Assembly: GCA_033286805.1 (NCBI GenBank)
Contig: GCA_033286805.1_4727.1
Length of the DNA stretch: 64,000 nt
Strand: one strand, 5' to 3'
Origin: a phage
Part shown: positions 18,635-27,947 of the stretch, in pieces
Layout of the letters: each line of letters begins with the position of its first letter
Position numbering within the stretch: position 1 is the stretch's first letter
Program-made: the position numbers and the translations under genes
Notes under the pieces: model-generated
Told to the model about the DNA's origin: nothing
Databases searched by the model: none
What the model saw: only the letters and a program-made list of their open reading frames with translations

Positions 18635-20245
18635 ATGGACCCAAAACAGATAGCCATTAAGATTATTACGTTACTGTTTCGTAATGCACAATTGAACCAT
18701 CCCGATCCCAGTACGATCGAACATGTTAAATCCGTCTTAGATAAAGTCGAACCCCCGAAAAACCATCTCGCTACAGACGTAGATAGAGAGGTTTTCAGCA
18801 ACCTGATGAACACCATTCATTGGATGCTGGAACAACCGTTATCGGAACCTTTCGATAAACAACAGTTGTTACAAAGGATACGTTTAGATTGCCTTGAACA
18901 AAGCAATCTTTACGAGATTCTTGCCGACGGACTGTACGATATCGAAGACGACGCTCATATCAGTAAGGTCTGTTCGCTCTATTACAACGAATTACGTAAT
19001 CTGATTACCCGTCGTCGTGTTTTCGAAACCTTTAGAAACACGTACATGGATATCAGTAACGGGCGACTTGGGGATAAAGAATTTTTCGATGCGATGGCGA
19101 ATCTGAAATTATCGCTAGACAGTATCGAAATGGATACCGAAAATCCCGAAGAGATGGCGTGTATGATTGACGGCTTTATCGCTGACAGCGAAGACGATAT
19201 CGAGAAAGTCGAACGTATGTTCGTCAAAGCGATGGAACGTAACAGTCCTGAAGGTGGATTTGTAACCGGCTGGCAAGGCTTTAATAAAATGTTGGGGTCG
19301 GTCGGTGTTTTACGTCGCGGTACCTTAGGACTGATTGGTGCAATGCAGCACCGGAACAAGTCAGGCGTGTTGTTAAAACTGTTCACACATCTGGCATTGT
19401 ACAACAAACCCCATTTCTTTTTCCCGGAGCGAGCAAAGAAAGCATTACTGATTCATTTGTCGACAGAAAACGAAGTGGAAGAAAACACGCTTCAGATATA
19501 CAAGAACATGCGAGAACAGGAAACAGGCGAATATGTCGATATTCGTAAGATTGACCCTCGCGAGGCATCACGTTATGTGTTGAAGGTGTTCAACGATGCG
19601 GGTTTCTCTGTTTGTATGCGTCGTGTTGATGGGATGAGTTACAAACAACTCGCTAATCTCATCGACCATTTCGAACGCATGGGTTATGAGGTCATGGCGT
19701 TGTTCATCGACTATCTGAAAATGTTCTCATCGGAAGGGCTGGATAGAAATGGACCGACCGGCGCATGGCTCCAAGAACTCTTTAACAAAGTCCGTAACCT
19801 CTGCAGCGTTAAACGTATTTTAGGTATGACCGTACACCAGCTGTCATCCGATGCGAAGATGCGTGCACGTGATGGCAACGATGAAGAGTTCGTTGACCAA
19901 GTCGCAGGTTTAAGTTACTGGGATGGTTGTAAAGGGATTGACCGTGAGATTGACCTCGAAGTGATTGTTGATATCGTTAAGGAACCGGGCAAACGTCAAA
20001 GCTGGCAGGTCTTTGCGTTAGGGAAAGACCGTCAACCGGATAACGGTTCAACGAAACCTGAAGACAAACATTTCGCGATGCCATTCCAAACCATCGGGAT
20101 GCTTCCTGATGATTACGGTAAGAAAGCAGTATATTGCCGCAAGGTTGGCGGACAACCTGTCTCCGAGGGAGGTAAAGGTCCGTGGAACAAGTTCGATGAA
20201 AACGCAGCACCGAGTAATGAATTACAATTTGATTTAGAATTTTAA
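18635..20245 (+). CDS. putative DnaB-like (SF4) replicative helicase with degenerate P-loop
   Basis: ORF track start 18551 is GTG and overlaps the divergent gene; ATG at 18635 has AAGGA RBS; motifs MALFIDYL (Walker B / H2-like), VHQLSSDAKMR (H3-like SQLNR), GAMQHRNKSG in the Walker A position. Confidence 0.45.
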   Translation: MDPKQIAIKIITLLFRNAQLNHPDPSTIEHVKSVLDKVEPPKNHLATDVDREVFSNLMNTIHWMLEQPLSEPFDKQQLLQRIRLDCLEQSNLYEILADGLYDIEDDAHISKVCSLYYNELRNLITRRRVFETFRNTYMDISNGRLGDKEFFDAMANLKLSLDSIEMDTENPEEMACMIDGFIADSEDDIEKVERMFVKAMERNSPEGGFVTGWQGFNKMLGSVGVLRRGTLGLIGAMQHRNKSGVLLKLFTHLALYNKPHFFFPERAKKALLIHLSTENEVEENTLQIYKNMREQETGEYVDIRKIDPREASRYVLKVFNDAGFSVCMRRVDGMSYKQLANLIDHFERMGYEVMALFIDYLKMFSSEGLDRNGPTGAWLQELFNKVRNLCSVKRILGMTVHQLSSDAKMRARDGNDEEFVDQVAGLSYWDGCKGIDREIDLEVIVDIVKEPGKRQSWQVFALGKDRQPDNGSTKPEDKHFAMPFQTIGMLPDDYGKKAVYCRKVGGQPVSEGGKGPWNKFDENAAPSNELQFDLEF

Positions 20246-20270
20246 ACGCAAAAAAAAAGATTGTGCGGTT

Positions 20271-20302
20271 CCCTCCTCCAACCCGTAAGGGAAGGAGGAG
20301 GG
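20271..20302. terminator. bidirectional GC-rich hairpin between convergent genes (CCCTCCTCC / AACCCGTAAGGGAA / GGAGGAGGG)
   Basis: perfect 9-bp stem; A9 run upstream on plus strand (T-run after the hairpin for the minus-strand transcript); GTTATGACC follows on plus strand. Confidence 0.6.
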
Positions 20303-20318
20303 GTTATGACCGCTTTGA

Positions 20319-20645
20319 TTAACTTATTGTCATGAATTCATTAGGTGAAAATTTCCAGCCGTTCTCAGTGAGAAGCGTGTTGAGTTTCGCTGCAACGATA
20401 AGCCACGCATGCATGGCTGTTACATCGTATTGGCGATTCACTCGACGTTGGTTTTCGATATTGATTTGCTCCTGTTCAGTGATGTTTGGATAAAGTGCGA
20501 TAGCGCTAGGTTTACCCAGCGCGCTAGTCATCACCGCCGTACATTCACTGATAATGTTGTTTAAGTGGTAGTTATACACCGTTCCACGCATGACGCGATG
20601 ACGGCATTCGATAATAGCGTCGTAAATGATTTCTCGAGTAATCAT
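20319..20645 (-). CDS. hypothetical protein (108 aa)
   Basis: ORF track; ATG; 6-nt gap from the upstream gene (operon). Confidence 0.5.
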   Translation of the reverse strand: MITREIIYDAIIECRHRVMRGTVYNYHLNNIISECTAVMTSALGKPSAIALYPNITEQEQINIENQRRVNRQYDVTAMHAWLIVAAKLNTLLTENGWKFSPNEFMTIS

Positions 20646-20651
20646 GATAAT

Positions 20652-21053
20652 TTAAAACATACGGTCGTTTTTAGCACGGGCGTTCATTACCAGATCGTAG
20701 ATGCCTGCGGTTCGTAAGCACTCTTCGTAGTAACGATGTGCGCCTTCATCAGCCATCCACGATAACCCACGGCTATCCGCAACAATAACCAGTTTGTTAT
20801 TGTTGAACGCACACACCACACGGTAGGTCGCGTTGTTATTCGGGTCGCGAGTGATAAGTTCGTAGACGCCGTTAACAGGTTTACTGAATTCGCCATTTAA
20901 CGGAACGAGTTCGGTAGTACCTTCAGCAAACGTTACGTTGATCGGTGATGGATCTTTAGCGATAACAGTATATTCCACATTGTGTTCTTTACTGGTCATA
21001 ATACCGAAGTAAGAACTGACAGGGGAACGTGGTACACTAAGAATATTAAACAT
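20652..21053 (-). CDS. hypothetical protein (133 aa)
   Basis: ORF track; AAGAGGA RBS. Confidence 0.55.
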   Translation of the reverse strand: MFNILSVPRSPVSSYFGIMTSKEHNVEYTVIAKDPSPINVTFAEGTTELVPLNGEFSKPVNGVYELITRDPNNNATYRVVCAFNNNKLVIVADSRGLSWMADEGAHRYYEECLRTAGIYDLVMNARAKNDRMF

Positions 21054-21123
21054 AGATGTTGTCCTCTTAATTGGATTTAGATTGTTGGGTGTGTAATTGA
21101 GAAATGAAAACGTTGTTTCGGTT

Positions 21124-21693
21124 TTAGACGATGAGTGACCAGGTGGTAAGCACCCCGCTTGCGAATTCGAGCTTAAGACGTTTACCGATAAGTTGTTGTT
21201 GGATCATCTTCTCAGTGATACGTCGATCTTGCTGAACCGCTTTATCAAACGCTTCTTTTGCTTCAGCTTGGTAGAAGTTCGTTTCTTCGTTTTCGTCGAT
21301 CTCTTCGAGAGCATCCTCGTCGATGTCAGCAAGTTTCACTCGACCGTTTTCATCAGGTTGTTCTGCAGGTTCATTGTCATACGGCGTGTCTTTTGTTGGT
21401 GCGACACGATGTTGCAACTCGACCTGTGTTAACATGATCTCCATCTCACCATCGATAGGAATGATTTCATCGGCGCTGCCGTTTTCGGTCAGCTCTCGAC
21501 TTTCCAGTAATGTCGTCGTAACAGAGAACACCTCTTCAACAGGAACCTCATCATCGTCGATGGTGTTAACCGTGTTGCTGGTAACTTCGGCAACAACCAT
21601 CAAATCAAATGCGTGAGGGTCACCTGGCATTTTGATGCCTGGAAGTTTGTTGAGGTACCAAGGATCAAGAATCATGATTTCTGGATTAAACAT
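21124..21693 (-). CDS. hypothetical highly acidic protein (189 aa)
   Basis: ORF track; D/E about 24% of residues with few K/R; first gene downstream of a conserved promoter-like element. Confidence 0.6.
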   Translation of the reverse strand: MFNPEIMILDPWYLNKLPGIKMPGDPHAFDLMVVAEVTSNTVNTIDDDEVPVEEVFSVTTTLLESRELTENGSADEIIPIDGEMEIMLTQVELQHRVAPTKDTPYDNEPAEQPDENGRVKLADIDEDALEEIDENEETNFYQAEAKEAFDKAVQQDRRITEKMIQQQLIGKRLKLEFASGVLTTWSLIV

Positions 21694-21875
21694 CGTATTT
21701 TACCTTTCTATGTTAGGTGGATTGCGGATAGAAGAATCAATGCATAGATTGATCGTTCTATGTTAGAAATTATTGCCGAACTGGTTATGGTTATAACGCG
21801 TGTTTTCGTATGCTGACGGGTCGCGTATTAATAAGGTCATGACTGTATCCTCGATTATTAAGAGAAATTTACAAC

Positions 21876-21955
21876 GATAACAGTAACCGCTGTTATCACC
21901 TAGGTAATGTAGTCGCGAAATAAACTGGAGTAATGCGAAATAAGACAGCATAGAA
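21876..21955 (-). promoter_or_regulatory. conserved roughly 60-nt intergenic element, copy 2, with abutting 8-bp palindrome GATAACAG-N6-CTGTTATC
   Basis: near-identical to the copy at 59174..59253 (CACCTAGGTAATGTAGTCGCGAAATAAACTG...CGAAATAAGACAGCATAGAACC). Confidence 0.5.
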
Positions 21956-21987
21956 CCCTCTCCCAACCCAGCAGGGAAGGGAGAGGG
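21956..21987 (-). terminator. GC-rich hairpin (CCCTCTCCC / AACCCAGCAGGGAA / GGGAGAGGG)
   Basis: perfect 9-bp stem immediately after the stop of gene 21994..22626; followed on the minus strand by TTCTATGCTGTCTTATTTCG. Confidence 0.55.
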
Positions 21988-21993
21988 AATATA

Positions 21994-22626
21994 TCACCAA
22001 TGATCGAAGGAACCAGGAGTGTTACGAACGATCTCAACTTGGAAGGTTATTGGTACTGATGGCAATGAAACATATTCGCGTTGCGATAGCAGGACGTTGT
22101 CTTCTCGCTCATCGATGCGAGTAGAACCCGTCAGAAATTGGAACATAGCGACTTGAAGCTCATCGGTGAAACGGAGGTACTCACCGATGTGTGGTGTTGC
22201 ATCATATCGAATAAGTACGTTGCCAAACCGTCGTGCGATATTTGGAGTATCTGTGAACGAAACAGGGAAATCCAAAGTCATTCCCATCGTTTCACCTGGC
22301 TTCATTTTCCGAATCGACGCAATTGGCGCGTCGAAGATATTCCATTCTTCTTTCATCGTGTCTGGAAACACACCGCGATACAAGATGGTCTTTTGATGAC
22401 GATGAACGGGTTGTAAACGGTCAACCAATATTTTCAAAGGTTTAAGTTCTTCAGCCAATTCATAATCTGCTTGGATGTTCCACTTTGCCGCAAGTTCCAT
22501 TAGGTTGGGATACGCGCTATATTTATTGACGATAGCCCAGTTAACATTACGCAAATCGATAGGAAGGAATTTGATAATTTCCTTGTTGAATATCCATTGG
22601 TTTAATTTCTTAATCTTCGAAAGCAT
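21994..22626 (-). CDS. hypothetical protein (about 210 aa)
   Basis: ORF track 21994..22815 would overlap the upstream gene by 170 nt; internal ATG at 22626 lies 16 nt after the upstream stop; start uncertain. Confidence 0.5.
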   Translation of the reverse strand: MLSKIKKLNQWIFNKEIIKFLPIDLRNVNWAIVNKYSAYPNLMELAAKWNIQADYELAEELKPLKILVDRLQPVHRHQKTILYRGVFPDTMKEEWNIFDAPIASIRKMKPGETMGMTLDFPVSFTDTPNIARRFGNVLIRYDATPHIGEYLRFTDELQVAMFQFLTGSTRIDEREDNVLLSQREYVSLPSVPITFQVEIVRNTPGSFDHW

Positions 22627-22642
22627 GATGTACTCACTACAG

Positions 22643-24010
22643 CTAAACGGTTGGACGAACGGTGTTGTCTTTTTCTGGTGCAAGCCATAACGTGACCGTA
22701 CCATGACATGTCCACTGTGGCTCACGTACAGAAGAACCTGCCATCGTAACAGCACAATCGGTACGCATGATAACCCCGTATGCTTCGCAGAGATTGTTAT
22801 CCTGCATCCACACAACTTTAGCAGGCATGCCGGGATACAACAAATCCATGTTTGCGTATTCCCACACCAACTGCATTGTTCTACCGCGTAATCCAGCAGT
22901 ATTGCTTAATTCACGCCATCGGTTATCGGTTACGCGTCCCATCCCTTTCGCCACCTTCACGTTATCGCTACGTTCTTCAGTTACGTACTCGCTAACGTTT
23001 ACGGTACGACTGATTATCGTATCACCCCCTTTTGATAATGTCATTCCCTGACTCATCTGACTTGCCGAAACAAAACGCCCGCCCGCATTACCTAACAACG
23101 AAGCCGCGTTATTGATGTCGCTTACCGACGCCCCTCTCGTACAGGCAATTTCCACGTATTTGTCACGATTGATCCAGGTCTTGTCCATGCCCGGAAACAT
23201 ATCGGCAGGATAGTTGTAAAAGATAGCCGTGCGCCGACCGTCAGAGAAACGGGTTTCGTCATAGAGAGGATAAATATACAGATACGGAGATTGGTAATAA
23301 CAACCGACATCCGCTGAATAAATACCGACCTGGTTCTGGATTTTGTCTACGAGATCCATTGCGTTGGTACCGTGCGGAAGAATAAGCAACTTGAACAGGT
23401 TGTCGTTATTCGGTGCAACAATATCCACACCCTGCATTTTGAATCCGGTGTCGGCTTCAACCGCAGAAAGTATTTTGCTGAATTCGAGCCGTAACACATC
23501 CAGAACTTTCGACCCGGTATAGTTTTCACCGGTTTCTGATTGCATGAAGCTTTCAAGAACAGGATCGAACAGTTGAAATTGAAGATCGACCATTTGCTCG
23601 TAGTCTTTCTTCGAAGAATCGGTTGCGGTACGTTCGTCGGTAGCAGACATACGACTGTCTACGGTTGTTAAACAAACCGCTCGGTAGACGTAAGCTTGTG
23701 CGGCATCGTCTACGGTTTGGCGTTGTCCGCGCATCAGGCTGTACGCCTGCACGATGATGCGCATTTTAAGTTGTTGTTGGTATGGTAGAATGTATTTTCC
23801 GTAACTGCCCGGTGGGAACTTTACAGAAATATAAAGTTCATCCCCTGCGTTACGTTCATAGTCTCGATACGTGTGGACTTGAGTCACTAAAGGAACAGAC
23901 ACCGTCATTGACGGCGTGATTAATTCCGCGGTGACTTTATACGCAACAGCAACTGCTTCCTGCGCAAATGTACCGATATACCGTCCTAACGGCGTCTGTT
24001 TGTAATCCAT
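22643..24010 (-). CDS. hypothetical virion-module protein (455 aa)
   Basis: ORF track; part of a tightly packed or overlapping minus-strand operon 21994..27859. Confidence 0.65.
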   Translation of the reverse strand: MDYKQTPLGRYIGTFAQEAVAVAYKVTAELITPSMTVSVPLVTQVHTYRDYERNAGDELYISVKFPPGSYGKYILPYQQQLKMRIIVQAYSLMRGQRQTVDDAAQAYVYRAVCLTTVDSRMSATDERTATDSSKKDYEQMVDLQFQLFDPVLESFMQSETGENYTGSKVLDVLRLEFSKILSAVEADTGFKMQGVDIVAPNNDNLFKLLILPHGTNAMDLVDKIQNQVGIYSADVGCYYQSPYLYIYPLYDETRFSDGRRTAIFYNYPADMFPGMDKTWINRDKYVEIACTRGASVSDINNAASLLGNAGGRFVSASQMSQGMTLSKGGDTIISRTVNVSEYVTEERSDNVKVAKGMGRVTDNRWRELSNTAGLRGRTMQLVWEYANMDLLYPGMPAKVVWMQDNNLCEAYGVIMRTDCAVTMAGSSVREPQWTCHGTVTLWLAPEKDNTVRPTV

Positions 24011-24012
24011 GT

Positions 24013-24618
24013 TTAACGACCCCGTTGCTGTTGTTGAATGATGAATTCTTCGATCTTCGTACCACGGAATTCGCTGTGACGAACTGCTTGCAGTTGCTCT
24101 TCAACGGTTGGGCCTGCATTGAGACCACCACGACGTGCGCGGTTGATGCCGATTTTACGACGCTGGCCGATTTCACGTAAACGTGAAGATAATCCGCTCA
24201 TTTCGGTTGGGTCTTTAATGCGACCGCGTGCAACGTTCCACAGACCACCCATGAACTCTTCGAGAATACGACTGGCTTCGAGAGACGGTACGCGTGCGTT
24301 AGGATCGTTTTCGAGATTGTATTTAACGTATTCCGTGTGTTCCAGAAGAAGCATGAACATCTTCATGGCGTTCACGTCAGGATTTGCAATACGCATAGGA
24401 ACACCACGAGAATGTTTTTCAGCAGCCTGCGGTACGGTAAGCTGTGCGGGCACCTCTTCGTTCATGGCCATATCGTCGATTTCTGCAACCCCTGAAGAGT
24501 AGACGCCGCTGACCTCATTGGTGTAATTGTCCACCATGAATTTACGGGGAATCCAGAATTCGAATTTACGTTCAAATAGACGTTTGGTTGGGGTATCTTT
24601 AACGTGTTGTAGACTCAT
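24013..24618 (-). CDS. hypothetical protein (201 aa)
   Basis: ORF track; AGGAG RBS; ATGA start/stop overlap with the upstream gene. Confidence 0.6.
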   Translation of the reverse strand: MSLQHVKDTPTKRLFERKFEFWIPRKFMVDNYTNEVSGVYSSGVAEIDDMAMNEEVPAQLTVPQAAEKHSRGVPMRIANPDVNAMKMFMLLLEHTEYVKYNLENDPNARVPSLEASRILEEFMGGLWNVARGRIKDPTEMSGLSSRLREIGQRRKIGINRARRGGLNAGPTVEEQLQAVRHSEFRGTKIEEFIIQQQQRGR

Positions 24619-25931
24619 GGTTCAATAGCTCCTGCTCGTAACAGCATAATAACGAACGGTGTGAAATAATAACGATCTAGCGGAGAAAGCAACGGTATTG
24701 CGTCAACCATCTGTTTCAGTGCCGGATGGCTGATCGCTTTCTCATCGACCATATCACGTACCATACTCTCAATAATCGTCATTGGGGCTTGATTGCGGTA
24801 GAAAGCCTCTGTGAAAACATAGTACGGATCGTCCGCTACAGATGGAAACAACGGAACGCCGTCATACTCCATCGATGTAAGGTTGGTCACCAACGGGTTT
24901 GTCGGTGGTGTGTTTTCAGGTACAGCCAACTCTTTACCGACGTCTTCACCGAGCGATGTGGTCGCAGGCCACATACAGAATCGCGCCCCGCTAAAACGAA
25001 TCCCACCTGCAGCCGGGTACTGATAGAAACGCTTTGTTGACAACAGTGTGAATTTCACCGTCAACCGCGCCTCGTCTTCCCGACGTCCGTCCATGACCCA
25101 TTCAAAGACAGAAATCGCGTTCGCTTCCTGGTTATCATCTACGTTAAGGCGTCCGAAGTTCCAAGACGGTTTTCCTTCAAGCGACGACCATAATTTCGTA
25201 AACGCGTTAACACACCAGGGATCGTAGGTTGCAGCATCCTGACCAGGAACAAGCAGTGTGTTGAGTTCACGGCTGTAGAATTCATGGTAATACGCGTGAC
25301 AAAGTCCTAGTGCACGACGGAGATAATCATACTTACGATTGTATTTCTCCGTTGCCATTACGGGATGTTTTCCGTGCTTTAACTGGTCTTGGTCGTATAG
25401 CGTATCCTCAACGATTTTTGCTTCCAGTTCGATAAGCTGTTTTTCGTCAAGAATACGTTGGAAGGAAATGTCGCATTCGTAAGCCGGTGCTAAGCTGATG
25501 TTCTTCGGCGTGATTCGGGTGATTGTGTACACCGCGATACGATGATCGAGACCGGAGATTAACAGCATGTTACCTAAAAGAGGAACCGATACCGCCGGAA
25601 GTATACACGTACCCTCGGATTGAAAACGTGCGGTACCGTTGTCGTACGACGGCGTCAATGACGACATTAACTTGATAGGGTAATGTCTGATGCGACGGTA
25701 CTGCTGTTCAGCGATGTCTCGGTTAGCTTGAAAACTGCTTTGTTCATCATCGCGACCGAGAATCTGTTCGTAATAATCACATTCTACGGAATAACCGGAT
25801 GCGTAATTCACTAACCCGATTTGACTATTGTATTGCTCATCCACCACCGCAGAACGATAAACGTCGTCGCGAGCCTTCGCGGGTTGTTGGGGGTTGATGA
25901 TGGGTTTCGCGGGCTTCTTAGCGAGCGCCAT
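24615..25931 (-). CDS. hypothetical virion-module protein (438 aa)
   Basis: ORF track; ATG start; overlaps the upstream gene end. Confidence 0.65.
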   Translation of the reverse strand: MALAKKPAKPIINPQQPAKARDDVYRSAVVDEQYNSQIGLVNYASGYSVECDYYEQILGRDDEQSSFQANRDIAEQQYRRIRHYPIKLMSSLTPSYDNGTARFQSEGTCILPAVSVPLLGNMLLISGLDHRIAVYTITRITPKNISLAPAYECDISFQRILDEKQLIELEAKIVEDTLYDQDQLKHGKHPVMATEKYNRKYDYLRRALGLCHAYYHEFYSRELNTLLVPGQDAATYDPWCVNAFTKLWSSLEGKPSWNFGRLNVDDNQEANAISVFEWVMDGRREDEARLTVKFTLLSTKRFYQYPAAGGIRFSGARFCMWPATTSLGEDVGKELAVPENTPPTNPLVTNLTSMEYDGVPLFPSVADDPYYVFTEAFYRNQAPMTIIESMVRDMVDEKAISHPALKQMVDAIPLLSPLDRYYFTPFVIMLLRAGAIEP

Positions 25932-27483
25932 AGCGTTTCACTCCTACGATGGTACCGACAAGAATTCTCGGTACAAATAAACTACGATGTTTGAACCACG
26001 AAGCGGTTGTTGGGATACGTTTGATGGCTTCGATAAGCCCGATTAGCGTATAGCACCCCCGACTGTTCTTTTTAGGCCAGTACTTTTTATCTAAACCTAA
26101 TACCGCAAACAGTTCATCCACCAGATTGGGATAACAACACAACGCTTCAAGTGTTTCAACCTGTAACTGACTTAAATCTAACAGTATCGCTAGACGAACG
26201 TGGTAATCACTCCGTAAGTCTAACGGATCTTTCGCTTCAAGATCACCAACGTCGGTTAATGTCCACGCGTCTCTTGCGTAGCGGTATTTGCCCTTCCAAA
26301 CCTCAAGGAAAAAAGGAGATTGGTAATGACATTTTGACCATTCTGGGTACTCGCGGAACCACCGAACAAGATCGGGATGGAATTCACCTTCTTCGGCTAA
26401 CGAGTCCAACGTCACCAATAGGTTAGGTTGTTCAGGATCGATAGCGAGCAGCGCGGTGAAAAGCGTGCTTGATGGAAGCTCGGTCTCTACGCTCGATGGA
26501 GGCAGCCATTCATCCAGATCAGGATACCGATACGCTTGAATCGATGCACCCTGTTCCGGCAAGAACGAATCACGAAGAATGTCCTGATACTGCACCACCA
26601 TACCGCCACGACGTGCACGGGATTTATCGCGCACTGAGAGGCTCGGTTTGTAAAGGTACTCTTCGGGGAGTATCTGTTGGTGTACTTGAACCGGATACCG
26701 TGCTACGATGTGTGTTGGCGTGTCGTACGTGTAACGGTAAGAGAAGGTTGCGTTGTACGAAGAACTGTTCTCATTCTTCTCTGGCTTCGGAGCGTCGGTG
26801 AAATCAAATTGACCAGAGATCTCTTCTTGCATTTCCCTGATAACCAATTTAACGCTCTTACCGTCACCTGCAACTGTCGTCATGGTGGTTGCGCGGTTGT
26901 CGAACCCGTCTCTAAGGTATTCGCTGAACTTAACCCCGTAACCCGCTATTGCTTCTCGGTGTGTGTGGATAACTTTTAACAACATGAGAAACTGTGTTGG
27001 GATCGCATAGCTGTATTCAGCGCTAAGGAAGGCAGCGACGTGCTGACTTGTCAGCAAACGTTTCATGTCGTACCACCAACGTTCGGCAGTGACCTGATCT
27101 TCGAACCGTTTGGTGATCTGCATGGTCGCGACCATCGTACTGTAAACAGGTACTAGCGATACGCCAAGGTTACGGTCTTCAAATACGGGAAGACTGTTTC
27201 GTTTGTAAACGGTATCGTACATAGAGGCCTGTTCTTCAGGGACAATATTAAGCTCAATTTGGATAAACCCGTCAGCAGGCCCTTTCACATCCTGATCAAC
27301 AACTTGCGGTGGTTGCTCGTTCGCAGCACTCATTTTAGCGTGAAGAGCTTCCCCTCGAAAAAGAATGTTCTCCCGACTATAATCCCACCCGCAAAGCTCG
27401 CTGATCTGCCGTAACACCGCGATTGCAACCGGACGTGTTACCGTCGCGTATACGTCATTGATTTTTCGATCAAGTTTAGGCAT
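25918..27483 (-). CDS. hypothetical virion-module protein (about 521 aa)
   Basis: ORF track start 27510 is GTG with no usable spacing to an RBS; ATG at 27483 has GAGGA RBS 8 nt upstream. Confidence 0.6.
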   Translation of the reverse strand: MPKLDRKINDVYATVTRPVAIAVLRQISELCGWDYSRENILFRGEALHAKMSAANEQPPQVVDQDVKGPADGFIQIELNIVPEEQASMYDTVYKRNSLPVFEDRNLGVSLVPVYSTMVATMQITKRFEDQVTAERWWYDMKRLLTSQHVAAFLSAEYSYAIPTQFLMLLKVIHTHREAIAGYGVKFSEYLRDGFDNRATTMTTVAGDGKSVKLVIREMQEEISGQFDFTDAPKPEKNENSSSYNATFSYRYTYDTPTHIVARYPVQVHQQILPEEYLYKPSLSVRDKSRARRGGMVVQYQDILRDSFLPEQGASIQAYRYPDLDEWLPPSSVETELPSSTLFTALLAIDPEQPNLLVTLDSLAEEGEFHPDLVRWFREYPEWSKCHYQSPFFLEVWKGKYRYARDAWTLTDVGDLEAKDPLDLRSDYHVRLAILLDLSQLQVETLEALCCYPNLVDELFAVLGLDKKYWPKKNSRGCYTLIGLIEAIKRIPTTASWFKHRSLFVPRILVGTIVGVKRYGAR

Positions 27484-27859
27484 CGATGTCGTCCTCGCTA
27501 ATTTCCTCACCTCCTTGTTGTCGATATCCGGTATAATGAATCAGACTGCTCTGTAGAAGCTCTTTAACGAGCCCTAGACGCGTTTTATCTGTTTCATTGG
27601 ACGTTTCCATTAATGTTTCTATTTCGTTGTTTAAAACAGCGTATAGCGCTTCTAACGGCAATCCTTGGATGATTGGTTTGTTGGTACCTTCCGGTAGTGC
27701 CGCAACAGGAATCTGCACGACGGTTTCATGTGAGGTATGTGGGTTGATACGGCAAATATACATACCGGGTACTGAATGTCGCGGGCACGCCGCTACCAAG
27801 CATGTCTGTTGCTGCGCACCGTTAAGTGCGAGTGAAAGAAATTTTGCTTCACGTGTCAT
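27476..27859 (-). CDS. hypothetical protein (127 aa)
   Basis: ORF track; AGGAA RBS; preceded by hairpin plus TTTATGCTGTC. Confidence 0.5.
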   Translation of the reverse strand: MTREAKFLSLALNGAQQQTCLVAACPRHSVPGMYICRINPHTSHETVVQIPVAALPEGTNKPIIQGLPLEALYAVLNNEIETLMETSNETDKTRLGLVKELLQSSLIHYTGYRQQGGEEISEDDIDA

Positions 27860-27910
27860 CGCAGATTCCTGTTTGAAAGATAAGATATCACATGATGGTC
27901 GACAGCATAA

Positions 27911-27932
27911 AGCCCACCCCGAAGGGCGGGCT
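27911..27932 (-). terminator. GC-rich hairpin (AGCCCACCC / CGAA / GGGCGGGCT) after the 1128-aa gene
   Basis: imperfect 9-bp stem with CGAA loop; followed on the minus strand by TTATGCTGTC. Confidence 0.5.
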
Positions 27933-27947
27933 GTTTATGCGTACGGA

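Noticed and set aside
21763-21966. 67-aa minus-strand ORF in the 300-bp intergenic region
   Set aside because: Its start lies inside the terminator hairpin and it spans the conserved regulatory element; more likely non-coding.
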